Virus record (IMG/VR): IMGVR_UViG_3300028840_006907
Location: 128,001 to 192,000 of that record
Length of the DNA stretch: 64,000 bases
Direction: 5' to 3' (one strand)
From: a virus
Part shown: positions 18,372 to 25,899 of the stretch, piece by piece
Numbering within the stretch: the first letter of the stretch is position 1
Layout: every line of letters starts with the position of its first letter
Translations under genes and position numbers: made by a program
Notes under the pieces: generated by a model
The model's input: the letters and a program-made list of their open reading frames with translations, nothing else
What the model was told of the DNA's origin: nothing
Database searches by the model: none

Positions 18372-18926
18372 ATGAGACCCATGATATATCCTAAAAAGAA
18401 TAGGAAAATAAAAAGACCACGAAGATCGAGACCATTAAAAAGATGTGTTCATATTGATGGAAAAGAATGGAGGTGGGAAACAACAGGTCACTGGGATAGT
18501 GATGCAGGTAGTTATGGTTGTTTAACTGATCAGAGCGTTAAAATACTTTCTCCTGATAATAAATTTTTTTCTATACGTGCTCATGAAGTAATGAAATGTG
18601 AACCGATAAGATGGGAATGTTGTGTTGGTGAAAAATTAATAACAGTTTTACCGGGGAAAGTAAAACAGTATATAATAGATAATTTAATTGATCATGATAT
18701 TTCAAGATCGTTAAGGAGACGCATTCATATAGATGGTAGAGAATGGGGTTGGCAGTTTAGTAAAGGAAATCCTGCATATCAGCTCTGTGGAGTATCTGTC
18801 CGTTCTCCTGATAATCGGTATTTATGGATTTATGCAAAAGAGTTAGGATACGAGATTAAACCATCAGTAATTAAAAAGTATATAATTGATAATTTATTAT
18901 ATCGGGGTATAGCGCAGCCTGGTTAG
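18372..18926 (+). CDS. hypothetical protein with internal tandem duplication
   Basis: Two repeated halves (HIDGKEWRWETTGHW...SPDNKFFSIRAHEV / HIDGREWGWQFSKGN...SPDNRYLWIYAKEL; KQYIIDNLIDH / KKYIIDNLLYR); 3' end overlaps tRNA-Pro(GGG). Confidence 0.4.
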   Translation: MRPMIYPKKNRKIKRPRRSRPLKRCVHIDGKEWRWETTGHWDSDAGSYGCLTDQSVKILSPDNKFFSIRAHEVMKCEPIRWECCVGEKLITVLPGKVKQYIIDNLIDHDISRSLRRRIHIDGREWGWQFSKGNPAYQLCGVSVRSPDNRYLWIYAKELGYEIKPSVIKKYIIDNLLYRGIAQPG

Positions 18927-18980
18927 CGCGTCTGAATGGGGTTCAGAAGGTCGCCAGTTCAACTCTGGCTACCCCGACCA
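18903..18980 (+). tRNA. tRNA-Pro (anticodon GGG)
   Basis: Acceptor CGGGGTA/TACCCCG, D-stem GCGC/GCGC, anticodon stem TCTGA/TCAGA with loop ATGGGGT, T-arm GCCAG-TTCAACT-CTGGC, encoded ACCA. Confidence 0.8.
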
Positions 18981-19008
18981 AAGTTCTTTGAAAATTATGG
19001 GGGTGTGG

Positions 19009-19274
19009 CAGAAGGGATATGCAGTCCTCAAAAAGTAGACAGGTCTGGGTAAAACCGGGTCATTACAGGAAGTTTGTATTCGCTACTGAAACGAAACAAA
19101 GGGAAGGTAGTGTAACGCTTACGGACTGGTGCTTGCAAGGGTTTACGGAAGACACTGACACGTTGCCTGGGATCTGGAGACAGCCCAGGAGGGTTTGTAA
19201 ATAACGGCAGGAAGTCCTTTTTCCCAATAGTGAGCTTTGGATGACTTATGCCGGTTCGAATCCGGTCACCTCCA
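19009..19274 (+). ncRNA. tRNA-Ala-like element with about 190 nt insertion (interrupted tRNA or other tRNA-like RNA; identity unresolved)
   Basis: 3' end is a canonical T-arm GCCGG-TTCGAAT-CCGGT followed by CACCTCC-A; the only complementary 5' strand is GGGGGTG at 19009, giving a 7 bp acceptor helix with a G3-U70 wobble (the tRNA-Ala/tmRNA identity pair); no group I motifs and no tag-like ORF inside. Confidence 0.3.
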
Positions 19275-19360
19275 TCAAAATAAATTAAATAGATAGATAG
19301 GCAAACTGGCAAGCCATTTGGTTGTAATAGAAAATGTGTAGCAAGATCATAAAGACATAC

Positions 19361-19632
19361 TGGAGTGTAGCTCAGTGGCAGAGCGGGTGGCTGTCTTGGT
19401 TGGCAGCTCTTATAGGAAACTGTAAGATGAAAACTCGGTGAATTCAGGGAAACCTAAGTCTTAAACAGATATGGCAATCCTGAGCGAAGCCTTGAGAAAG
19501 GAACGTGCAGAGACTTATAGCGCCGAGCACCTAAGGTGAAAACTATGGTGATGAGATAGTCCAGGCCCTTGGGAAATCAGGGGAATTACTGTAACCACTT
19601 GGTCGGGGGTTCAAATCCCTCCACTCCAGCCA
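19361..19632 (+). tRNA. tRNA-Asn (anticodon GTT), interrupted by a group I intron in the anticodon loop
   Basis: Exons join to TGGAGTG-TA-GCTC-AGTGGCA-GAGC-G-GGTGG-CTGTTAA-CCACT-TGGTC-GGGGG-TTCAAAT-CCCTC-CACTCCA-G-CCA; U1-A72 and loop CUGUUAA match E. coli tRNA-Asn. Confidence 0.7.
19395..19591 (+). ncRNA. group I self-splicing intron (in tRNA-Asn anticodon loop, between positions 35 and 36)
   Basis: Contains group I core motifs TCAGGGAAACC, GGCAATCCTGAGC, GTGCAGAGACT (R-like) and GAGATAGTCC (S-like); 5' exon ends in U paired to G in putative guide GCAGC (P1 GCTGT/GCAGC); intron ends in G. Confidence 0.65.
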
Positions 19633-19683
19633 ATTTTAAAGGGTCCTAGAGGAATTTACTTTAAAGAAAAGGAGAAAAATTAA

Positions 19684-19884
19684 ATGAGTAAAGATGAGAA
19701 ACCTGATTATTCGAAAGATTTCGATACATGTCCTTGGTGTAATAAAATACCAAAAGTATCGAAACATTTCAGATATGATGAATGGCAACTGATCCATCGT
19801 TGTGATAAATTACTTACTGTAATTAGTATGGATTGGACTGAATTAGATAGTCTTAAAAATCGATGGAATCGACCTAAGAAATGA
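19684..19884 (+). CDS. hypothetical small protein
   Basis: ORF track; AAGGAGAAAAA upstream; CPWCNK in translation. Confidence 0.4.
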   Translation: MSKDEKPDYSKDFDTCPWCNKIPKVSKHFRYDEWQLIHRCDKLLTVISMDWTELDSLKNRWNRPKK

Positions 19885-20156
19885 CAGAATGTACTATATG
19901 TGAAAGAGAAACTCCTGAGAAATATGTGGAGAAACATCACTTGACTCCTTGTAGCCGAGGAGGAAAGGATAAGGAGAAAACACTTACTTGTATTGATTGC
20001 GGAGATCAGGTACATCGATTATTTACGAATAAAGAATTGGAGAGAGACTATTATACACTCGAAAAATTATTAGCTCATCCTAAAATCCAGAAATGGAAGA
20101 AATGGGTTAAGAATAAGAGATTCGGGATATGTATGAAACGAAAAAAGAAGAGATAA
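19881..20156 (+). CDS. zinc-binding small protein
   Basis: ORF track; CTICERE...CIDCGDQVH; ATGA overlap with upstream gene. Confidence 0.4.
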   Translation: MTECTICERETPEKYVEKHHLTPCSRGGKDKEKTLTCIDCGDQVHRLFTNKELERDYYTLEKLLAHPKIQKWKKWVKNKRFGICMKRKKKR

Positions 20157-20163
20157 TATATAA

Positions 20164-20239
20164 CGGGCGGTCGCCTAATCTGGTATGGCACCACATTTGG
20201 GATGTGGAATAACTGGAAGTTCAAATCTTCTCCGCCCGA
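20164..20239 (+). tRNA. tRNA-Pro (anticodon TGG)
   Basis: Acceptor CGGGCGG/CCGCCCG with C1-G72, anticodon stem CCACA/TGTGG with loop TTTGGGA, T-arm GGAAG-TTCAAAT-CTTCT, A73; variable region slightly long. Confidence 0.65.
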
Positions 20240-20263
20240 TATATTTTTAAATCAATAAGTTAC

Positions 20264-20339
20264 TGGGATGTAGTTCAGTTGAAAGAACACCGGAATTTGG
20301 ATCCGGGGGTCGCAGGTTTGAGCCCTGCCATCCCAGCCA
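20264..20339 (+). tRNA. tRNA-Gln (anticodon TTG)
   Basis: Acceptor TGGGATG/CATCCCA with U1-A72, D-stem GTTC/GAAC, anticodon stem CCGGA/TCCGG with loop ATTTGGA, T-arm GCAGG-TTTGAGC-CCTGC, encoded GCCA. Confidence 0.8.
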
Positions 20340-20537
20340 TTTAATTTTTTTATCAATATATTTACCACAAAGACGTATATTATTTATACAACTTAAAAAT
20401 AGGAATAATATATGACATAGATAAAAATACCACCCTAGATCCTCAAAATATTCAAACCTCCTTAAAACACGGTTATTATACCAAATGGTGTTATACCAAA
20501 CAGTACAATATTCATTCATTTAAACAGGAGAATAACC

Positions 20538-20837
20538 GTGATCAAAAATAGAAAATTTTTAAAATTTGAATTAAAATTAGAAGCTCAAAAATTACGAAAA
20601 ATCAAGACTGATATTAAAACCAAGCAGAGAGCTGGCCAGTATGCCGGTCATGAACAGTCCGAATTATTGACTCTTAAATGGAATTACCGCCATCGATTTA
20701 TTGCTTATTGTATGATGCGGGGTAGAGAATATAAGCAAATCGAAAGAACATGTAGAGTTGAACCAAATCATGACTGGGTAAAGGAGATCATCAATGAATA
20801 CTCCCCGCAAAAAGAAACTATACGTGCTTCTGCGTAA
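20538..20837 (+). CDS. hypothetical protein
   Basis: ORF track; AGGAGAA upstream; GTG start. Confidence 0.35.
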   Translation: MIKNRKFLKFELKLEAQKLRKIKTDIKTKQRAGQYAGHEQSELLTLKWNYRHRFIAYCMMRGREYKQIERTCRVEPNHDWVKEIINEYSPQKETIRASA

Positions 20838-21108
20838 AGATTTGGATGAAACTTATCGATGTGTTCAAGGAGGCCATGCTATTGCTGAGTATTCTCTAAA
20901 GGATTACCAGTCATTTAAAGAATGGGCAAATGGAACTCTGATTTATCTTGGAGTACCTGATTTAAAAGCTTTGGAATTATGGTTGCTCAAATTGGAACGG
21001 AAAAATATTTTTCATATCAGGTTTCATGAACCCGATCTTGGGAATGAGTTAACATCGGTAGCTTGTATAAATACAGGGAAAATTTTTAAAAGTCTTCCTC
21101 TTGCTTAA
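20794..21108 (+). CDS. PTH2-family peptidyl-tRNA hydrolase-like protein
   Basis: LYVLLRKDL...QGGHAIAEY...IYLGVPDLKAL...TGKI lines up with the PTH2 pattern (VLVVRxDL...QxxHA...kvvlKv....L......G......DAG.T.i..G..T.lgiGP). Confidence 0.5.
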   Translation: MNTPRKKKLYVLLRKDLDETYRCVQGGHAIAEYSLKDYQSFKEWANGTLIYLGVPDLKALELWLLKLERKNIFHIRFHEPDLGNELTSVACINTGKIFKSLPLA

Positions 21109-21115
21109 AGTTACA

Positions 21116-21189
21116 GCGCCTGAGGCTCTGAGGTGAGCAACTTGGACTCTAAATCCAAGTTTTTCAGGGTTCGACTCCCTACAGGCGCA
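21116..21189 (+). tRNA. putative amber suppressor tRNA (anticodon CTA)
   Basis: Acceptor GCGCCTG/CAGGCGC, A73, D-stem GCTC/GAGC, anticodon arm ACTTGGA-CTCTAAA-TCCAAGT (loop has U33, CUA, A37), T-loop TTCGACT; non-canonical 7 bp anticodon stem or 3 nt D/anticodon linker and short D-loop. Confidence 0.5.
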
Positions 21190-21287
21190 TTATAACTATA
21201 ATCTTTCCAACATTTTAAATTTTTAGTTATCACAATCATCTCTCAATCTTGTATAATATATAAGGGAAAAATTTAAGGAGATATAAA

Positions 21288-22022
21288 GTGATAATAATTT
21301 CTAAATTCCATGATTATTACGATAGTGGAATGACATATGGTATTGATAAAGAATTGAGGTTTATAAGAAAAACTGAAAAAATAGATAAACAATTGGAGAT
21401 ACCTGAAAAGATTACTGAATTAATGAAAGATTTGCCTAAGGTTTATGATTATTATAGAAGTCAACAATTTACAGCTCAACCTTTTATAATAATTTTCTGT
21501 GGTCAGGTTCATCTGGGGTATCATTTTTTTAATTTGAAAGATCCTAAGGATAAGAACTATTATGTGCGTCATACAGATCCAGATATCTATACATATGATT
21601 TGCCTTCAGTAGAAAAAGTGATTCAGAAATACGAACCGGAGATGTTCAAAACGTTTCGTAATAAAGATACACTCTTTCACCGTATCCTACCTTCATTCAA
21701 ATATGACGTTCTGGAAAGAGCATTCAAAAAATTCGAAGACAAGAAAATGGATGTCGGGATTCATCTGGATGAAGAATCCCCGATCCTATATCTTGGATAT
21801 GATGACAGAGATTTTATTTACATAAAGAATCCTGTTCTTCGGAAACTTCAATTTTTTAAAAAGGTTAATTCATTTACAGCTTTCCAGAATATCTCAATGT
21901 TTATAGGAGGAATTTGTAGCAAGACTTTCCCTCCCACCGTGGAACTCAGTGAAAAAGACAGAATCGGAAAACAAGGATTTGACAAGTGGTCTTTCAGAAA
22001 GAAGGGGGAAAATTCAAAATGA
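21288..22022 (+). CDS. hypothetical protein (244 aa)
   Basis: ORF track; AAGGAGA upstream of GTG. Confidence 0.45.
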   Translation: MIIISKFHDYYDSGMTYGIDKELRFIRKTEKIDKQLEIPEKITELMKDLPKVYDYYRSQQFTAQPFIIIFCGQVHLGYHFFNLKDPKDKNYYVRHTDPDIYTYDLPSVEKVIQKYEPEMFKTFRNKDTLFHRILPSFKYDVLERAFKKFEDKKMDVGIHLDEESPILYLGYDDRDFIYIKNPVLRKLQFFKKVNSFTAFQNISMFIGGICSKTFPPTVELSEKDRIGKQGFDKWSFRKKGENSK

Positions 22023-22192
22023 ATTTATTAGTAGCAGTAACAGGAGGATTCAATTTGTTTCATTGAAAATGCTATGGAACATTGTAGTGTAGAAGATCGT
22101 AAGAATGTTTATTATAATAATGCAGATAAAATATTGGATGGGGTTTATTTAGATAGATAAAGAAGAGTTTTAAATACATATATTTGAAATTG

Positions 22193-22240
22193 AAATACCC
22201 ATATTCGAAATTCATGAATCTTGAATATGGGTATTTTAAT
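22193..22240 (+). terminator. terminator-like long hairpin
   Basis: AAATACCCATATTC ... GAATATGGGTATTT perfect 14 bp stem around a palindromic loop, followed by TTTAATTATTT. Confidence 0.45.
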
Positions 22241-22290
22241 TATTTATTGATATTTCCATTAATTATAAACCTTAACTAGGAAGATGTATT

Positions 22291-22563
22291 ATGGCCGATA
22301 AAAAAACCGAAAAGAAGAAGTTTAATTGTGAGGTATTATTAGCACTTGATGAGAAGATAGGCCGAGGCAATATAGTCAGGTTACAAGTAGTGCGTTGGAA
22401 TAATTATTCCCCGGTTCTGGAAAAACGGGAGTATTACCAGAAGGATGATGAAGAAAGAACTGGGAAAGCCAAAGGTTTTAATCATGAAGATTTTGAAATG
22501 ATCCTAGAAAATGCAGATAAAATTCAGAAACTCCTTGAAAAGGAGTTTAAAGATAAAAAATAA
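22291..22563 (+). CDS. hypothetical protein
   Basis: ORF track; AGGAAG upstream. Confidence 0.4.
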   Translation: MADKKTEKKKFNCEVLLALDEKIGRGNIVRLQVVRWNNYSPVLEKREYYQKDDEERTGKAKGFNHEDFEMILENADKIQKLLEKEFKDKK

Positions 22564-22580
22564 AATAAAGGTTAGTTTAT

Positions 22581-22763
22581 ATGAGTATCGAGATTGTCGT
22601 AGCTGAATTAACACAAGGACTCAAAACTTTTCAATCAATCCATGGAGTTGATGACGAAGCAATGGTTGATGTTCTTACAGAGTGTGCCGAAATGTATAAA
22701 CGTAAAAAATTAGCAAAGGAAATGATGAAAAATAAAGATATAGTGACTGAACCTATTACTTAG
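22581..22763 (+). CDS. hypothetical small protein
   Basis: ORF track; convergent with the following minus-strand block. Confidence 0.35.
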   Translation: MSIEIVVAELTQGLKTFQSIHGVDDEAMVDVLTECAEMYKRKKLAKEMMKNKDIVTEPIT

Positions 22764-23454
22764 ATTTCTTTTCTTTATATTTGCTAAAGAGACCCATAAA
22801 AAGCGTCCAGAGTAATTTCAAGGCGTTATTCCTGACGTATTTTATTATTAATTCAATACCTTTCTTTTCGATATATAATTCAAATTCCTTTTCAAAAGTT
22901 TCTGTTCTATCCTTTATTGATTTTTTCCATACTTCAACCATTTCATTCAGATTGGTTTTACGTTCTTCAATCTCTTCTCGAATAGAATCTATTACCTCTT
23001 CTTTTTTATTACCTATTTCACTCAACAGGTCACTTAAATTTTTATCAATATCATTTTTGACATTCTTTAAAGCATCCTCTAGGAAACCTTGACCTTCATC
23101 CAATATCTTTCTGAGATTGTTATAGACTTCTCCCAATTCCCCTGTCTTGGTATCAGTTTTTCCCAAGAATTCCTTAACATTCTGGAGCTTTTCATCCATA
23201 TTACCAAGGTTGAGCTTTTCCATTGATTTTCTAATTTTTTCTGCTTTATCTTCTTGAATAGCCATATATTCTGCTAAATAATCTACTATTTTGTTTATTT
23301 TAAGTTTTGATTCAGAAAAATCAGGTTTTAGTTTTTCAACTTCCTCTTGTAATTCTTCTAAAAACATTTCACGGATTTTCTGAAGGGCTCCTTCCATTGC
23401 CCCACCGTTTGATGAGACACTGTTAAGTAGGTTCTTAAATTTCTTTTTATTCAT
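22756..23454 (-). CDS. coiled-coil protein
   Basis: E/K-rich heptad-like sequence throughout (LEELQEEVEKLK..., EIEERKTNLNEMVE). Confidence 0.45.
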   Translation of the reverse strand: MNKKKFKNLLNSVSSNGGAMEGALQKIREMFLEELQEEVEKLKPDFSESKLKINKIVDYLAEYMAIQEDKAEKIRKSMEKLNLGNMDEKLQNVKEFLGKTDTKTGELGEVYNNLRKILDEGQGFLEDALKNVKNDIDKNLSDLLSEIGNKKEEVIDSIREEIEERKTNLNEMVEVWKKSIKDRTETFEKEFELYIEKKGIELIIKYVRNNALKLLWTLFMGLFSKYKEKKSK

Positions 23455-23726
23455 GATTTCCTTTCTATTATTGTTATTTTTCTTACTTTGAGTTTCGGTC
23501 CTGGTACAACTTTGGCTGGTATTGGTATTTGTTCATGATACCATTCTATAAATCTTTCATCGTTTATATCAAAAATAAGCCCATCAGAGATAACAATATC
23601 AGGTTTATTTGATTTACTATCTGAAGTACCAATATGGACAGGATGGGTATATTCTTTTTCTGATGTTTGAACTTTTTCAGTTACCCAATAATATCCGTTT
23701 TTTTCAGGAGCTTTCTTTGTCCACAT
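23451..23726 (-). CDS. hypothetical protein
   Basis: ORF track; ATGA overlap. Confidence 0.4.
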   Translation of the reverse strand: MWTKKAPEKNGYYWVTEKVQTSEKEYTHPVHIGTSDSKSNKPDIVISDGLIFDINDERFIEWYHEQIPIPAKVVPGPKLKVRKITIIERKS

Positions 23727-24029
23727 TTATAATATTTCTTTCACTTTGTTTTTTAATGTATCACATTTAGGATCAAATTCTGGCTCTTTTCCATCGTTCC
23801 ATGGTGACTTAATCCAGAAAAAGCATGAGTCAACACGACCCACTCTGATGTCTCCATTCATGTAATCCCTTTGTCCTTTAAAATAAGCCCTCTCAATGGC
23901 TTTAAAGTCGGTAGTGGCCTCTATACTAATGTATTGTATTTTATTGCTCTCAGGGGCAAATAACCGCCATGAGATAAGGAATAGTAAGTAAGCTCCTATT
24001 AAAATTATAAAACTATTAATTTTAAACAT
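23727..24029 (-). CDS. hypothetical membrane-anchored protein
   Basis: N-terminal hydrophobic segment FIILIGAYLLFLISW; stop TAA directly abuts downstream ATG. Confidence 0.4.
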   Translation of the reverse strand: MFKINSFIILIGAYLLFLISWRLFAPESNKIQYISIEATTDFKAIERAYFKGQRDYMNGDIRVGRVDSCFFWIKSPWNDGKEPEFDPKCDTLKNKVKEIL

Positions 24030-24897
24030 ATAAATTGTTCTCTTGTATAATACCAGCTATTAATGTGAGAAAAGGAGACTCCCTAAGATACTTTTCCCGA
24101 TCCTCCTTTAATTCTTTTCTGATATCTGTAGAGGATATCTTTGGTATTTTATTACCAGCATCAAAAAACTTATGTGGTTCTTTCATATACCAATTCACAT
24201 TTGGATCGCGCTTTTCTCCTTGTCTAGATACTACAATGAATGGTATCAATTTTTCAAGGTGTTCATAGTTAACCCATTTATCAAATGTATTGGCATTATC
24301 AAGTCCAATGACATAATTGAATCGGTATTCGTTTTTGGCAAAATCCTCTTCCATAAATTTATTAAGGAAATAATATGTCTCTCCAGCTAGTTCGTGAACA
24401 ATTTCATAATCGCATACTTTCATTCTCTTATCTACCTGTACATATTCTCGACACATGGCTAGCCGTAGTGATGCAGGAGCCATTTCTTTTCCATATAAAT
24501 GTCTGTAGCAGGGGATGTACCAAACTTCATCGAATAACCCTGCTTCATCGAGTAAGAATTTTCCTATAGCAAGATGGCCAGGATGGATGGGATCAAAAGC
24601 ACCCCCGATGAGCGCAACTGATACTTTCCTGCCAAGTTTACGGTATAAAGATCGGCTATTAATTTTGGTGATGTTCATTTCAACCAATTCATTAAAATCA
24701 TAACCGGCTTCATTAATCCATTGTATCAGTGTACCAAGTAGATCGCTCGTTTCATCTTTTAATCCCGTCATGGTCCTGGCTCTTGTCAATTCAAATGCTT
24801 CTTTAAGGATATCATTCAATCTGATATCAGTAGGAGTATTTCCAAAAGCTTCTGAATACGTTTTATTGATATTATTTAATAAATCTGATAAATTCAT
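24022..24897 (-). CDS. nadD: nicotinate/nicotinamide mononucleotide adenylyltransferase (NadD/NMNAT-like) with N-terminal extension
   Basis: GGAFDPIHPGHL (HxGH nucleotidyltransferase motif) and ISSTDIR near the C-terminus; about 100 aa N-terminal helical extension of unknown function. Confidence 0.6.
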   Translation of the reverse strand: MNLSDLLNNINKTYSEAFGNTPTDIRLNDILKEAFELTRARTMTGLKDETSDLLGTLIQWINEAGYDFNELVEMNITKINSRSLYRKLGRKVSVALIGGAFDPIHPGHLAIGKFLLDEAGLFDEVWYIPCYRHLYGKEMAPASLRLAMCREYVQVDKRMKVCDYEIVHELAGETYYFLNKFMEEDFAKNEYRFNYVIGLDNANTFDKWVNYEHLEKLIPFIVVSRQGEKRDPNVNWYMKEPHKFFDAGNKIPKISSTDIRKELKEDREKYLRESPFLTLIAGIIQENNLYV

Positions 24898-25078
24898 TTT
24901 TCAATTTCTTTTTAGGTAAATTTTTTATTATACAATCAATACAAATATCTTTACTTTTCCACTGCCCATTTTCTATAGTTCTTAATACCACCCTATAACT
25001 TTTATCTCTAATAAAGAGCCTGCTATCGTCAATATCCATTTGTTTTTTGCATATATCACATATTGTAATTTTAGCCAT
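24872..25078 (-). CDS. small zinc-ribbon protein
   Basis: CDICKK...CIDCIIK. Confidence 0.35.
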   Translation of the reverse strand: MAKITICDICKKQMDIDDSRLFIRDKSYRVVLRTIENGQWKSKDICIDCIIKNLPKKKLKNEFIRFIK

Positions 25079-25095
25079 TTTGTTTTAAATTACAT

Positions 25096-25887
25096 TTATA
25101 TATCTAAATGGCAAATACGAGGCATTTCCATTTTATGAGCATTCTTTTCATGTCGTTCTAGATATAATTCAAGAACTTTCATTTTTCTTTTTTCTATTGT
25201 TAACATAGATTTCATCGCTTCAAGTCCTTTGATAGTTTTTAAACCACCTAATTTTTTACAAAAATCCATAGCCCATTCCAATTCAGAATATGTAGCTCCA
25301 ATCTGATCTTCATCAGTTCTGCCATCTTCCCATAATCCATCAGTAGGTTTTGCTGTTAAAATATCTGAGTTCACTCCAAGATAGGCTCCCATACCATATA
25401 CCTCAGATTTGACTAGCTCTCCTATTGGACTTATATCAACACCACCATCACCGAATTTTGTAAAGAAACCAATTCCGAAATCTTCAACCATATTCCCAGT
25501 ACCAACAACATAATAATTATGGGTATTTGCGATAGCATAAAGAGCTACCATTCGAAGACGGGATCTGGTATTAACCATGGCAAATTCATTGTAATAATTA
25601 CTATGATTAAAATTATTAAAGACAACTGAAAGATCTTCCGTATGACTGGTAACATTGGTATAGTCTTTTTTTAATTTTTCAACATGTGCTTCTGCTCTGG
25701 GAAGAATATCTTGATTTATTGGCATATGGGCACATATAACAGGTTTATAAGTTCTGGCACATAAATTTGATACAACTGCTGAGTCAATTCCACCTGAAAC
25801 TCCAACTACACAGCCATCTACATGGGATTCCTTCATGTCTCTAATAATCCAATTTACAATATGATCTGAGACTTTTTTATAGTCCAA
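25096..25887 (-). CDS. nadE: NH3-dependent NAD+ synthetase
   Basis: PP-loop GVSGGIDS near N-terminus; length 263 aa typical of NadE. Confidence 0.65.
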   Translation of the reverse strand: MDYKKVSDHIVNWIIRDMKESHVDGCVVGVSGGIDSAVVSNLCARTYKPVICAHMPINQDILPRAEAHVEKLKKDYTNVTSHTEDLSVVFNNFNHSNYYNEFAMVNTRSRLRMVALYAIANTHNYYVVGTGNMVEDFGIGFFTKFGDGGVDISPIGELVKSEVYGMGAYLGVNSDILTAKPTDGLWEDGRTDEDQIGATYSELEWAMDFCKKLGGLKTIKGLEAMKSMLTIEKRKMKVLELYLERHEKNAHKMEMPRICHLDI

Positions 25888-25899
25888 ATTTATCCTCCT

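Noticed and set aside
19009-19274. tmRNA (ssrA) interpretation of the tRNA-Ala-like element
   Set aside because: I translated every frame of the internal sequence and found no short tag ORF ending in Ala-Ala or a similar proteolysis tag before a stop, so a tmRNA call is not supported; kept only as an unresolved tRNA-like RNA.
19019-19312. Track ORFs 19019..19204 (+) and 19028..19312 (-)
   Set aside because: Both lie entirely within the tRNA-like structured RNA region and lack ribosome-binding sites; judged to be chance ORFs.
20247-20519. Track ORF on the minus strand (90 aa)
   Set aside because: It overlaps tRNA-Gln(TTG) on the opposite strand and extends into an AT-rich spacer; its sequence is largely the reverse complement of the tRNA.
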